From the NCBI GenBank assembly GCA_044892525.1, contig CM097886.1:164474312-164538311 (forward strand): 64,000 nt of DNA, in the 5' to 3' direction. Origin of the DNA: Schmidtea polychroa. Its lineage: Eukaryota. The position numbers and the translations under genes are program-made. How positions within the stretch are numbered: position 1 is the stretch's first letter; every line of letters begins with the position of its first letter. The notes under the pieces were generated by a model. It made no database searches. It saw only the letters and a program-made list of their open reading frames with translations, and was not told the DNA's origin. This document shows, piece by piece, positions 50,326 to 63,805 of this stretch.

Positions 50326-50981
50326 TTTTTGTAGATTTATTTTAAACATTTTAAAATAATTATTTTCTTAAAAACTTATTAATTTCATAAGTATTTAAAT
50401 TATTTTAAACATTTTCATAATAATTCACGAACATTTCATAATATTATTTACAATTTGAAAAATTAATAAGTTTTAAGAAAATAATAGAATTTGACCAAAG
50501 TAGTTTAAANNNNNNNNNNNNNNNNNNNNNNNNNNNNNNNNNNNNNNNNNNNNNNNNNNNNNNNNNNNNNNNNNNNNNNNNNNNNNNNNNNNNNNNNNNN
50601 NNNNNNNNNNNNNNNNNNNNNNNNNNNNNNNNNNNNNNNNNNNNNNNNNNNNNNNNNNNNNNNNNNNNNNNNNNNGCAACTATATGCAACAAATGATATA
50701 GTCTGAAAATAATCCAATTTATATGATTTAAGTGAACACATCTATTAATATTTAATTCATTTATCAATAATTCTTAAATGAATTAAATAATAATATAATG
50801 ATAATATTTAAGANNNNNNNNNNNNNNNNNNNNNNNNNNNNNNNNNNNNNNNNNNNNNNNNNNNNNNNNNNNNNNNNNNNNNNNNNNNNNNNNNNNNNNN
50901 NNNNNNNNNNNNNNNNNNNNNNNNNNNNNNNNNNNNNNNNNNNNNNNNNAGAAGTAATGTCAGTCATCGATTGGACATAGC

Positions 50982-53456
50982 TTGGCATGTCATAAATTAA
51001 TGAAAAAATACTATGGTCGTAAATTCTACGGCACCCGCTTTTTTATATGTCCTAAATGCGAAACTGCCCAGAAATTAAAATATTCAGTTGTTTACACCGA
51101 ACACTGTGCACATCTAAACCAGTTTATTTTGAATAAAAAGATGTTGCTAAATAGAATTATGGCCAAGAACCCTGTTAATAATAAAACTTATACAAACAAT
51201 AGTACAAATAATAATTCTCCAAATCTTAATAATAAAAATAATAAAAATTATACAAATAATAGTACAAATATTAATTCTACAAATCTTAATAATAAAAATA
51301 GTACAAATAACAATAATAATATTCTAAATAATAATTCTACAGATCTTATTAAAAATAATAATTCAACAAATCTTATTAAAAATAATAATTCTACAGATCT
51401 TATTAAAAATAATAATTCAACAGATGTTATTAAAAATAATAATTCAACAAATCTTATTAAAAATAATAATTCAACAAATATTATTAAAAATAATAATTCT
51501 ACAAATCTTATTAAAAATAATACTCTACATAATAATAATATTAATAATAATACAAATAGAAAACGGTCTGCTGTAAATATCGCACAATGTATTCCAGCTA
51601 AAATTCGGAAGGTTGATACCATCATAATAAGTGATGATGAAGAATTTTTAATTAATCAAATAGGAGGGTCTATTGATATAAATGATGAGCCCGAAATAGA
51701 AATTGATTTGAGAGGATCTCGTAAAAATATTCGTTTCGATTTCGAACACAAGAACTTAGTTCAAATCGCCCTCACCGATAAAATAATTTATAAGCTCAAC
51801 CGAGAAATTGAAAAGATGGGGTCTGTTAAAGTACAGTTTACAGTACTTATTCAATTTGAAAAAGATGGGGAAATTAAAGATAATTTCTTTTCAAATAGTG
51901 CGAGTGTTTTTTCCGACAATTTTCTTATCGATGGTGTGAGTCGATTAAATGAGAAAATTGAAAAATTTACTTATTTAGGTAGTGGATGGAGAGTAGTAAG
52001 GATTAAGGAAATTGATTTTATTTTGACCACATTTTACCCTATAAGTCGATTAGCTGGCCATAGTTTTATACCTACACCAGCGGCATTGGTTAAAAAGCAA
52101 GCAATTCTAAACGTAAGAAACAATAATCATGCTTGTTTTATATATAGTGTTTTATCACTATTAAAGCGTAACGTAATTTTCCGACATAGGGAGCTTGTTA
52201 CTGGTTATACTAATTACCTAGAAGAACTAAATTATGACCCTATTAAGGATTGCCCAATGAGGCTATGTAATATTCCTAAGTTTGAACGAAAAAACGATGA
52301 TTTAAAACTGGTCATCAATGTTTTCGAGTATAGTCCTACCCCATCTAAGAGTAACAATAATGATAAAGATTATGTACCCCATCATCCTCACCTAAATATA
52401 ATTCACCGTTCCAAAGTCACTTGCGGTAATCCGATTAATCTTTTACTATTACAGGACGGTGATAATTATCATTATACAGCCATTTTTAATTTAAGTAAAT
52501 TAATGAATTGTCATTCGAGTAGCACATGCAATACCAGAATTCAGGTTAACTGGTGCCCCATTGTCTAAACGGCTTTAGACTAGATAATACTTTTGACGCG
52601 CATGTTGCATTGTGTATAAAAAATCAAATAGAAACTACTTTGTACACGCTCCATAAAAATAAAAATTTAAAATTTAAAAACTTTGCAAAAATGATTACCC
52701 CACTGTTTGTAATTTATGCGGACTTTGAGGCCATTTTGCCTAGGGTGATTAAACATCACCAGATACATATGCCGATTACAGCAGGCCTATTATTAATAAA
52801 TAATTACACAAACACAAAATCGTATTTTAATTTTGTTGGAGTAGGCTGTGTTTTAGATTTTTTGATAAAAGTGGAAGAAATTGCTGTCACAATTGTCCTG
52901 CCATATTATGATATTCATGGTAGAAAACCAATGCAGACTCTGTCTTTCAATGAGGAACGGGAGTTCAATGCTTGTAGGACCTGTTATCTTTGTAAAAGGT
53001 TCATAAGAGATCGAGTTAGGGATCATTGTCATTTCTCAGGTAAGTATCTCGGTGCTGCTAGCCATCAATCAGTGCTAGACCTGTCTAAACTGCGGATGTA
53101 TGAACTGCAATATCATGAATTGGCCAAATATAGGACAGAGTTTAATTGTGAAATAAATATCGTTGCCGGTGACACTGATTCGTTTTTCCTTGAGGTTAGG
53201 CATTGTAAGCTAGACACTTTTGCCGGCAATGATACGTGACAATCTTTTAAATACCTCCAATTATGACTCCGCACATCCCTTATACTCGAGAAACCTAGAT
53301 TCTATGATAGGTAAATTTAAAGACGAAAGCAAAGGTCTCGGGTATAAGGAATGGGTTTTCTTAAGGCCCAAGTGCTATAGCTTGTTAGGGGAGAAATTTT
53401 TTTCTATAATCATAATAAAAAGAAATGTTTTTAAAATTGTGTGCGTTGTTAGATAA
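50982..53456 (+). pseudogene. Protein-primed DNA polymerase B with long N-terminal region; frameshifted and internally deleted
   Basis: GSGW..FIPTP..KKQAILNVRN..CF, IYADFE (Exo I), VRDHCH, LDLSKLRMY, AGDTDS (motif C), GKFKDE and LRPKCY. Motifs A and B are absent. Confidence 0.9.
51327..51515 (+). repeat. 27-bp coding tandem repeat x7 (NNNSTNLIK)
   Basis: AATAATAATTC(T/A)ACA(A/G)AT(C/G/A)TTATTAAA units, preceded by two 60-bp units. Confidence 0.92.
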
Positions 53457-53587
53457 TTCATAACGGGTAAAGGGTTAGGATCAAATGAAATGTTGTTAGG
53501 AATCATAAGGGAATTATAACTTATCACGAAATTTGAAAAATCATGTCTATAATTTCTCAATTCAATTCCATTTAAATTGAAAGAAAT

Positions 53588-53825
53588 CAGTGGCGGAACT
53601 TCAAAATTTGGGCCCCCCGCGCAATGTAAAATATTTCCACTTAAATTTTTCGGTAAAAGTTTAATACATAGTTATTCACAGCAGCCACTATTCAATGATA
53701 GTTTTATGTTTGTAGGCAAATATAACTGCGGGAAAAAAGTTTCAGAAAATGGTTGTAAATATTTTTTTAGTAATAATTTTGGGCCCCCGCAACGCAGGGT
53801 CCTGTGTCCACTAGTTACGCCACTG
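53588..53825. mobile_element. hAT MITE (238 bp)
   Basis: TIRs CAGTGGCGGAAC and GTTACGCCACTG with a perfect 8-bp TSD AAAGAAAT. Confidence 0.9.
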
Positions 53826-53867
53826 AAAGAAATACACATTACTTACAAATGTATATTTAGGAATGTA

Positions 53868-54290
53868 ATTCAACTTTTGTTGCGATATTTCTTTGAAATT
53901 TCATCTTGTTTACTTTTACCCGTTATATTATTATATTATTACCCGCCCGTCGACCAAATTTTTTTGTTTAAATTTGATGGATTTATTGAAATTTTCATTA
54001 ATGTCTAAAGTGCAGGAGATTCCAAGTTTCAATTTTTATGAGATTTTGATGAATTAATTTCTAGGTTTTTTGATATTTCAACTTTTGTTGCAATATTTCT
54101 TTGAAATTTCATCTTGTTTATTTTTACTCGTTATATTATTTTGTGAAAAATCATGGAAATGTCCGTCGACCAAAATTGATTGTATAAATTTGATAAATTT
54201 TTTTGAAATTTTCATTGATGGAAGTTTGAACTCATTTGAGTATAAAGTGCAGGAGATTCTGAGTTTCAAATTTTTAATATTTTCAACCAA
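53868..54290. repeat. About 210-bp degenerate tandem duplication
   Basis: TTCAACTTTTGTTGC.ATATTTCTTTGAAATTTCATCTTG, CCGTCGACCAAA and AAAGTGCAGGAGATTC each occur twice. Confidence 0.75.
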
Positions 54291-54350
54291 GCTTTTATAA
54301 GTTTTGGAAAAATAATTTTTCTAGTTTTTCTAAAATCCTTAATTTACAAA

Positions 54351-54591
54351 ATGTCTGCAGAAAATCAAAAGATATTTCGAAGGAGGTTTACAATTTCAAT
54401 TGAAACTGAAGTAAACATTTTGAACCGACTAAAGAAAGGAGAAAAATTATCAGTTGTTGCAATGGAACTTGAATGAGGCAACTATAAAAAAAGAATGAAG
54501 AAAAAAGAAGATACTATGTATCAATAGTAACTTTAGGTGTTAAGAGAAGTTTTTGTTCAATTGATTAATCATGTTCTTCAGGGGTTACCTG
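54351..54591 (+). mobile_element. pogo/Tigger-like transposase 5' fragment
   Basis: RRRFTISIETEVNILNRLKKGEKLSVVAMEL resembles the CENP-B/psq HTH. Possible TIR end GGGGTTACCTG|TA. Confidence 0.5.
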
Positions 54592-54934
54592 TATATTTAT
54601 GACATAAAAGTTCCAATATTTATTTCTGTTGAATCAGGGACTATTATATAATAATGAATATGCGATATAAGACATGTTTCGGACATACAATAACATGCAC
54701 ACATCAAATCATTCATAATAATTATACACTTATATGTGTGTATTACAAAAAAGGTTTCTTAAACTTTGAAAAAAGGATTGCGTTTTCGCGGGAGCGGGGG
54801 GGCACACACAGCTCAGATGTAACTTTATTTACATGTAGGATAATAAATGCTCTTACTGCAAATGGCAACTTCAAGTTTGTTGTGTTAAAACAGACAACCT
54901 GAAACTTGTTAAACAGTTCCCAAAAAAATCTCAA

Positions 54935-56122
54935 AAATATAAAATTCATTTCAAACAGGCACATGTGAACTGACTGGACCTCTAGCACGTTTCCATATTA
55001 TAATTAATTTAACTACAAATTCTCATATTATAGATCAATTCAAGAATCTCCCGGTACCGAAAGATTATTACAAAGCAACGAACACGACATTCATCTGGAT
55101 GGGAAATATTGGTCCGTATGTCGGTTACAATAATGAAACATTTTATCCAATAAAATCACAATTGATTGGTTGTGTTCAATATTTCTATTTCAATAATGAA
55201 CCAATCGCATTGAAGAATCAAAACAATCAAATTTTCCCATCCTGTACCAGCCAGACCGTGACGGAACATGTCAACAATCGGACAATGAAGTCATCCAGAT
55301 CAATAAATGTGCAAATATATGATTGTTCCTTGCCGGGAATAAATGCCAACCGTTGCGATCCAATCGGTGAGGAATTTCTAAATTCTAATTGATTATTAAA
55401 TTAATTAATCAATGAATACTTTCAGAACTGCCCGTCTATAAAGATTCCAACCAATCATATCACAGATATGAGAATAATAATTATAATAAAACAATAAAAA
55501 TATCCTTAGTTTGGAAGCAACTTTATTCGAAAGAATTTTGTTTGATGGAGATCAAATTGAGGTGAGATTGTGTTGGGATAAATGGATTATCATGGGCGTA
55601 TTCTAGAAATGGGGCAATAATATTTGTTGTCAATAATATTAATGTTGTTGGTATGTACATGTACAATACTGATGCCGATACTAATCCGTCTCTCATATTA
55701 TTGGATAAAATTTCATTGGATAAAATAAATAAATTATCCATGGCATTCGAAATCTCAGAATTTATGGTCAAGGTGATTTGATGAGTATCCGGGAATTTCA
55801 TTTGTTTTAATATTGTGATGGCAGATATTTAACGGGATCCAGATTCATAAATTTATTACTGATTCAATTGGCGCACCAATCAAAATCAATGTCGGAAAAT
55901 CCCGTAATAAACAAATTTGCGGAATATTTGAAGGAATTCTGGGTTTGATTATTTGCATTCTGTAATCGGTTGATGGATGTTGAAACAGGTTTCCAATACG
56001 ATTCATCAGATTTCACGAGATCCGGGAACGAAAATATGAAAGCTACGGGTCTCGGCAATATGAAAGCTACGGGTCTCGGCAATATGAAAGCTACGGACCA
56101 CGGCAATAATTCAGTAGTTGTA
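54935..56122 (+). pseudogene. Third, diverged fragment of the laminin-G-like gene (paralogue of about 8830-9970)
   Basis: ORF 55099-55392 differs from 8994-9287 at a handful of residues; contains a 24-bp triplication at 56033-56104. Confidence 0.8.
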
Positions 56123-56631
56123 AGTGTTATTAATCAAAAAAACTGATACGCATGTAGATTAGTTGAATTATAGAAACAGCTTTACTCAAAATAACGGCCT
56201 CTTTTTATGTTTCTGGTAATCTCTGAAAATAAAATTTAAATTACCGTCTGAGTTGGAAAGGACTACTATATCAACAAATTAATTAAAAACATTTTCATCA
56301 GAGTCTGAAATTACGATAGTTGAAATTTGATTTAATTCACTAAATTTAGAAGGATAGGGGGTTAGTGATAATAATTTTTCTTTTATAATTATGACAGCTT
56401 TTCAAAATCACAGTAAAAGTTAACTAAACATGAAAACAATAAAAAAATATTTGCAATATCAAAATAAATAATATTTAAACTTGGAATCAAGAAAGACATG
56501 TTTCAATAATTTACAAATAAAAAGTATTTAAAATGAAAAATGAAAGCTTTATTAGTATATTTTTAGTTTTTTCAAATTATATTAAAATATAAACATAAAT
56601 GCTCCGGGTTCAAACTATCTTCAGGCTACAG

Positions 56632-59188
56632 CAGCGCTGGCGAACCTATGACACGCGAGACAATTTCGTGTGTCACGCCAAACCTTTGAGATAAAACAAA
56701 TTTGTGTACATTTTAGTAGTATAAAATCATTGAAATCGCAATTTTACACTTCAGCATGATTTTATTGTGCAAATATTTTAGAAACCGTTAACTAGGAATC
56801 GAACAATAGGTCATTTTCAGATGGCAGAATATATATTTCTTATGATTAAATCTATAAATTATTTTCTATCATTTTTTGTATATTCCGCATTTGTTTTAAC
56901 AAGTAAAAATAAACAAGTTAAGATGCGCACTAATTTGATGACGCAGACATTTGTTGACATTATTATTGGTGAAAGATTGAATTTTTTTGTAAATATTTAA
57001 TAATTTAAAAATAGAAATTTTGCTAAATAAAATGTCGTGTTGAAAGCAAAAAAAATAAAACTTTCAGAAGAAGGAAGTGGCAGAGAATTCCAAGATTGGT
57101 GGACTGAAAGATATGGAGTAATCAACAAAAAAAGTAAGGCCTTGTGTGTATTGTGTTCTGAAAGCGTTGTTTGTCGAACATCTTCAGTTAAACGTCACTA
57201 TGAAAGTAATCACAAGTGGCTTCTTGGAAAAAGCGAAGATGAACAAAAAGAATATATATTGCGCCGGTTAAAAAATGCAAATCCTGTTCGTTTGTTAAAA
57301 GTACATCTAACTTAGTGTCTGCAAGTTTTGAAGTTCCCAAAATAATAGCTAAGCATGTCAAGCCTTATTACATCAAAGAAACTTGGCTAGAATATGCGCC
57401 ATATTTGTTTGAAGATTTTCCAAATAAAGACAAAATTTTTCAGCGAATAAAAGATCTGCCAATTAGTTGAAATACAGTAAAAGAGAGAATAATTAACTTG
57501 AATTCAAATATTGACAATCAATTAAAAGAAGACATCAAGTTATGTCAGGCCTTCTCTATTTACCTGGACGAGAGTACTGATGTAACATCGTCTGCTCGAT
57601 TAGCCATCATTGCTAGATATCCGAAAGAAAACGAAATGCGCGAAGAACTAATAAAACTAACCAAATTATCTGGAACAACAACGGGTGCAGAAATATGCCA
57701 AAAAGTTGTGGATGAACTTAAAAATGCAGATTTAGACGTAAATATAATAGTCTCTGTGACGACTGACGGTGCACCAAGTATGACTGGAAAACATGCGGGT
57801 TTCGTGAATTTGTTTACGAAACATGTTGGACACCCACTGGTTGCGTTTCACTGTATTGTGCACCAAGAAGCCTTGTGTGCAAAATCCTGTTTGAAGGAAC
57901 TTGAAGATGTTATGAAAATTGTAACAAAAATTGTAAATTTCATTACTGCTCGTGCTTTGAATAAGAGAAAATTTGAACTGCTGTTAAATGAAGTCCAGTC
58001 CGTTTACTCTAGGTTACTAATGTACAATAGTGTTTGCTGGCTTAGCAGAGATCATGTGCTGGAACGTTTCGTGGAATGCCTTGATGAAATTTGAATGTTT
58101 ATGGAAGACAACAAACAGAAGTATTCAGAGTTAACTGATGTTGACTGGCTCAGCAGACTAATGTTCTTTACAGATTTTATTTTACATCTAAATGAACTTA
58201 ACACTAAGTTTCAAGGTTTTGGGAAAACCGTTGACGAGGCTTTCGACGTTATAAAAGCATTTGAAAAAAAGTTGAAAATTTTCAAACGTGATTTGGAAAA
58301 ACAAGAGTTTCAATATTTTCAAAGACTTAAAAGATTTTATACTGAAATAGAAATCCATGAAACCGTTGTCAAAGAAGCTCAGACTTTGTTATTTTTAGAG
58401 ACAATCGACGCAACCCTCGAACAATTTTCAGTGCGTTTTGTTCAGTTTAGAAAGTTTGAAGACACAACAAAATTTATAAAATATCCAGATACAGTTAAGT
58501 TTGAAAATTTGGATTTAACAATGTTCGACTGGATGGAATTACAAGTTTTTCAAATGCAGTTAGTTGAGCTACAGTCCAGCTCAATTTGGAAACCAAAGTT
58601 TGTTGACTTACGATTGCGACTAGAAAGAATTGAATGTGAGCGCTGCAATGGATCAGAACCGCAGCTACCAGCTGAAAAAGAGGTACTCAGTGTCTGGAAT
58701 TGTCTTCCTGAAACTTTCAACTCTCTGAAAAAAGTAACGATTGCGATTTTGTCAATTTCCCCATCTAGTTACTCGTCCGAATCATTATTTTCCTCGATGA
58801 ACTTTATAAAATCAGACACCAGAAACAGTTTGACTGTCGACTTGAGTGCAGCTTGTGTAGCTTTGAAGAATACAAGATATTCTCCAGATATTAAACTTCT
58901 ATCATCCACCATACAACAACAAAAGTCACATTGATTTTACTAAGTCATTAAATCACATTAAATGTATTCTTATAGTAAAGTTATTGTATTATTGTAATTG
59001 TAATTTTGTTAAAATTGTAGTTATAACTATTCTTTTTGACTAAACTAGACTTGAAACATTTAATGTGAACACATGGTATGTAACGGAATCAATTAAAATG
59101 CTAAAAAATGTACTTGGCACGCCAACGTGTTTTTATTTTTCAATTTTAAAATATTGGCACGCAATCTAAAAAAGGTTCGCCACCTCTG
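56632..59188 (+). mobile_element. Buster/Charlie-type hAT (GTF2IRD2/EPM2AIP1-like), near full length
   Basis: TIRs CAGCGCTGGCGAACCT and AGGTTCGCCACCTCTG; TSD GGCTACAG/GACTACAG. Confidence 0.92.
57037..58934 (+). pseudogene. hAT transposase with stops and a frameshift
   Basis: CVLC..HY BED finger, LDESTD, TTDGAPSM, HCIVHQE, SSYSSESLFS. Confidence 0.9.
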
Positions 59189-59599
59189 GACTACAGGCTA
59201 TCATCGAATTCAGGACTTCCATCATCATGACTGTGAGGATTTTTCAGCTGAGAATTAAATATTTCAATGATTTATTAAGATAATTTTAAATAATAAATAA
59301 TGGATTATTAAAATAAATAATTTTTAAATTGACTTTTTTAAATTGAAATTTTTAAATTGAAAAATTGAAAAATTAAAAAACTTTTTAAAAGAAGTTTTAA
59401 TAAATTATCTTTAAATAAATATATTTTAAATATCGAAATTTTAATAAATGATTTTGAAAATAATTTATTCGACGCTGAAAATTTCTTTGAAAATTATACA
59501 ATATTTCATTAAATAAATACTTGGAATTATGACGTTAACTTTTGAACCGGATTTAAAAAATAATTTAGAAGATGTGATAGCAGCTTCTTATATGGCGAC

Positions 59600-60640
59600 C
59601 ACGTCTATGTATTTCTTCATAAAGAAGCTATTTTCAAACGATTATCATAGATGAGACGATGTTGGAACATTCATTAAGGAATGCAATAAATATTTTAAAG
59701 TGTTACAAATGCCTACTTCAAGACAAGAAGTGATGGTCGAATTACTGATCGACAAACAGATATATCAAATATCAAATACAGGAGTTGACCAAAATATATA
59801 ATGTTATAAGGAAAGATTGCGGAACGCATTCGTCAAGAAAACAAGTTTGGCAGAGAATTTACAATCTGCTATGTTCTATAGACAGACGAGTGAGGAGCTC
59901 GATAAATATTTTACAATCATAGACGAGTTAGTCGATAAAATATTGGGGCATGAGTTAAACAAGGAAAGTTTAACAGAATATCTACTGGTTCACTGTGCAG
60001 CCGAGAAGACTTTGAAGCGAGAATTGCGTCTAAGTGACACCAAAAGAACAACGGAAGTGAAGAAAAAATCAAGAAGTTACATGAATCTCGTATATTTGCA
60101 GAAGACACCTATGCAGAGAGAGAAAGGAGGCCAGAACAGAATATAACAAGAAGTTACAGAGACGCGGTAACAAATCAAGCAAGAAATATTGTATCACCAA
60201 GATATAATAATGAGCAGAGAGAGTATCGAGAAGAAAAACCGAACAGAAATAAGAACGAATGTTGGACATGTCACAAGGTAGGACATTTGAGTAGAGATTG
60301 CATAACAAAGAAGGCAGTTACATGTTTCACATGTGGAAGACAAGGACATGTAAGAAGTCAGTGTCCACAGATGCAGAGAAAGGTAGTCGAATGTTATGCG
60401 TGTGGTACCCCGGGACACGAGAGAAGAGATTGTCAAAAAAGGAGGTGTAGCTTGGGAGGTCGTAAAGAAGCAGATTGTTACACAAATTTGGAGAGAATAA
60501 GATATCGGAGAATCAATGAGAATTTTGGAAGACAACAAAAGCAATACGAAGCAGGGCATTGTTATCAAGGAACGAGAAAGGATACAAGACAAGCAGACAA
60601 GAGATACGTAGCATTCATAGACGAACCAAATGATGAATAG
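59600..60640 (+). pseudogene. gag with three CCHC zinc knuckles
   Basis: CWTCHKVGHLSRDC, CFTCGRQGHVRSQC, CYACGTPGHERRDC. Confidence 0.85.
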
Positions 60641-62600
60641 AAGATAAATACAGAGAATAGCAGCGGCACCAGGTACGTTTCAGGAACTGATGAAAAAGTA
60701 TTAATAGGTTTGAGATATGCAGCAGTATACCTAGAGGATATTTTGATATTTACAGAAACGATCAATCATCACTATGAAGTTTTAAATGAAGTGCTGGACA
60801 AAATTGAAAAGGCGGGTCTTAGGATAAACCCTGAAAAGTGCCATATCCTTAAAGAGGAAATCAAATTTTTAGGTCACATAATCAAAAAAGATGAAATACA
60901 GACGGACCCGTCAAAGCTAGACGCGATTAAATCATTAGAAAAGCCAAAATGTGTTAAGAATATGAGAAGCTTCCTAGGAATATGAAATTACTACAGAAGA
61001 TTTACAAAGGAGGCAAAGAAGGCAAGAGTTTTAGAAGAGCTATGCGGGTTAAACAACAAAAAATTAATTTGGACTGACCGATGCAACATCGCATTCGAAA
61101 ATATGAAAAATCCTTTAATGTCCTCACCTATTCTAGGGTTTCCAGATTTCGAAAGAGAATTCATTCTGGATACTGATGCCAGTTTTGACACGATTTGAGC
61201 AGTAATATCGCAGAAAGACGACAAAGGGTGCGAAAAGGTTATAGCATACGGTTCTCATGCAATGAGCAATCATGAAAAGGGATATTGCATAACAAGGAAA
61301 GAGTTGGTGGCAATCTATTATTTTTGTCAACACTTCAATCATTATTTATATGGAAAATGGTTCATTTTGAGAACGAACCATAAAGCTCTCACGTTTATGT
61401 TATCCACAAAGAAACCAATAACAACGCAATTTCAGACATGAATTAACTACCTCAGTAGTCTGGATATTAAAATATGGTATAGAAAAGGTACGGATCATGC
61501 AAATGCAGATATGTTGTCAAGGAGTACATGTGGAACATGCACACAATGTTTATTGGCACACGAAGACGCGAAAGTGGAAAGAATGAAAACCCGAAGAATA
61601 AACACGATGGAAAAAGCTGAAGAGTATAAATGGCAAAAAGATAATACAGAAATAGAACAAATAAAAAAGGAAATAGTACAGGGTTCAAGTTGGAAATTTA
61701 TACTGGTAGACAACGTGGTGAAAACTATAGCGGGTAAGATATGGATACTTTGAGACAAAAGACAAGAAATGATAAAGACTATGCATATTTTGCTATCACA
61801 CGCAGGAGGAGAAAAGGTGACAAAATATGTAGCGGACAATTACGATATTGGAGACATAAAAGAATCAGTAAAAGAAACAATTGGACAATGTGAGCCATGT
61901 CAAAGAACGAAAGTTGTGACAACAAAGATGAAGGAAGAGACAATAAAACTGACAACAGAGGAGCCGTGGGAGGAAGAGTACATTGATATATGTAGCTCAT
62001 TACAGGAAACATTCAGAAAGACAAGATATATAATCGCAATGATTGATCAATGTAGCAGATATATCTCTCTGATTGCTGTCGCTAAACAGGATGAGGAAAC
62101 GGTGAATGAAACAATACTACAAAAATGGATTCTTAGATTTGGAGCACCAACGGAAAATCACACAGATTTTGGAAAAGTATTTAAATCTAAGTTGATGAAA
62201 GATTTTACAAAATAAATGAGAATTACACTATGCTTTTCAAGTCCATACCACCATAATACAAATGGTGTGATAGAACGTCAATTCAGGACAATAAGAGACT
62301 ATATAAATGTATCATTAAAAGAAAAAAGTAAAACAGATTGGGCAGAGATCATACCAGAGATTGAATTTACCATGAATGCAACATTTCAGAAATCAATTGG
62401 GCGAAGTCCCGCAGAAGTAATATTTGGAAGAAAAATAGCTCAAGAACAATTTCATAGTAAAGCGCCGATTTCACAAAAAGAAGATACGCGAGAAACAACG
62501 CAGACAAAAAGATCATTCAATATTGGAGATGAGGTTCTGGTAAAAGTAGAATAAAGAACGAAAGACAAGGAAAAATACGAAGGACCATACAGAATAATGT
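60640..62600 (+). pseudogene. pol relic lacking protease and RT N-half; RNase H and integrase remain with stops
   Basis: AAPGTFQELM, YLED, FILDTDAS, HAG..CEPCQ, IDQCSRY, NGVIERQFRTI. Confidence 0.88.
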
Positions 62601-63009
62601 AGATTCATGATCGTCAATATCTGCTACAAGACCAAAGTAGAGATGCTGAAAAGATAAAAAAAATTCTTAAAGAAAGGGGATGTGAGGTGTTTTCAGATGA
62701 GAATTAAATATTATAAGATTTATTAAGATAATTTTAAATGATAAATAATGGACTATTAAAATAGCTTTTAAAATAATATCAAAATTTTAATAAATGGTTT
62801 TGAAAATATTTTATTCAACGCTTAAAATTTCTTTGAAAATTATACAATATTTCATTAAATAAATACTTGGAATTTTGACGCTAACTTTTGAACCGGATTT
62901 AAAAAATAATTTAGAAGATGTGCTAATATTGACCATCAAATTCTTGGTCAACGTCGTCCAATATTTGGTCAACATCCATGGCATCTATCCTTAAATCTCA
63001 TGTCCAATA

Positions 63010-63402
63010 ATGGGATGTAAAAAATCAATCAAAGTTGAAAATTTAAAATACGAAATCAAAGATTTACAAATTCAATCAGTTACTGCTGATATTGAATCAA
63101 ATGTTAATTTAAATGATTTATCAAAGTATATGAAATGTATTTATGAACCAGAAATATATATAGCATTAAGATATATAAAATATAATCCAATGTGCGTTAA
63201 CATATTTGACAGTTGTAAAGTAGTAATTCTCGGTATAAAAACATTGGATTATCATTTATTTGGGTATAAAATTATTAAAGATAATAAATCAGTAATTGAT
63301 GTCATGAAATTATCAAACATTTTCCTAAAATATAGTTACATGCATGAATCTAATTGGTTGATGGCGTGTATCAAAATAAATATATATACAAGAGCATTTT
63401 AA
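63010..63402 (+). pseudogene. Third TBP-like paralogue, 5'-degenerate (Maverick-3 cassette)
   Basis: MGCKK..LQIQSVTADI..YEPEIYIALRYIKYNPMCVNIFDSCKVVILGIKTLDYH. Confidence 0.8.
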
Positions 63403-63426
63403 TCATTTATTTAGTAATAGTTGAAG

Positions 63427-63805
63427 ATGTCAAATATATCTCAAAGTGGTATATTTTGACTATTGTTTTTCAATTTATAATTTTTATTTTTTAGCAAAAA
63501 TGATACAGATTCTGATTGGAAAAATGACTGAATTATTTCCGAATATTTGAAAGGGTTTAATCTATTTGACACCAAAGACTATTCCATTCTGAATATGGAT
63601 GTCAACCGGCATAGATTTGAATTTGGTCTTGTTTGATCACTTGAGAACGTTAGGTGAAGATCTTTCTCCTGTGGACAACAGTAACAGGCCATCAATATAT
63701 CCATATAAATTCGAAGGTTGTCTTGATAGACAAACGAACTACAATGCATGGCTATTAGAAAAAAAGTTTAGAAAAGCTCACTTTTCATCAATTGTGGATA
63801 AATAA
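63427..63805 (+). pseudogene. Third 'TGI' gene: exon 63427-63448, intron 63449-63494, exon 2 with two TGA
   Basis: MSNISQSAKMIQILIGKM..L..LTPKT...STGIDL aligns with MYQALVNKM..L..CAPET...ATGINL. Confidence 0.6.

Larger units (their letters stand above)
43212..53456 (+). mobile_element. Maverick/Polinton-2, rearranged, termini not seen
   Basis: Accessory cassette, ATPase, integrase, capsids, protease and pPolB, with the left half syntenic to Maverick-1. Confidence 0.92.
59232..62922 (+). mobile_element. Ty3/Gypsy LTR retrotransposon, decayed
   Basis: LTRs 59232-59592 and 62681-62922 (TGTGAGG...GAAGATGTG), PBS TGGCGACC at 59593, PPT AAAGAAAGGGGA; RT-RNaseH-integrase order. Confidence 0.92.
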
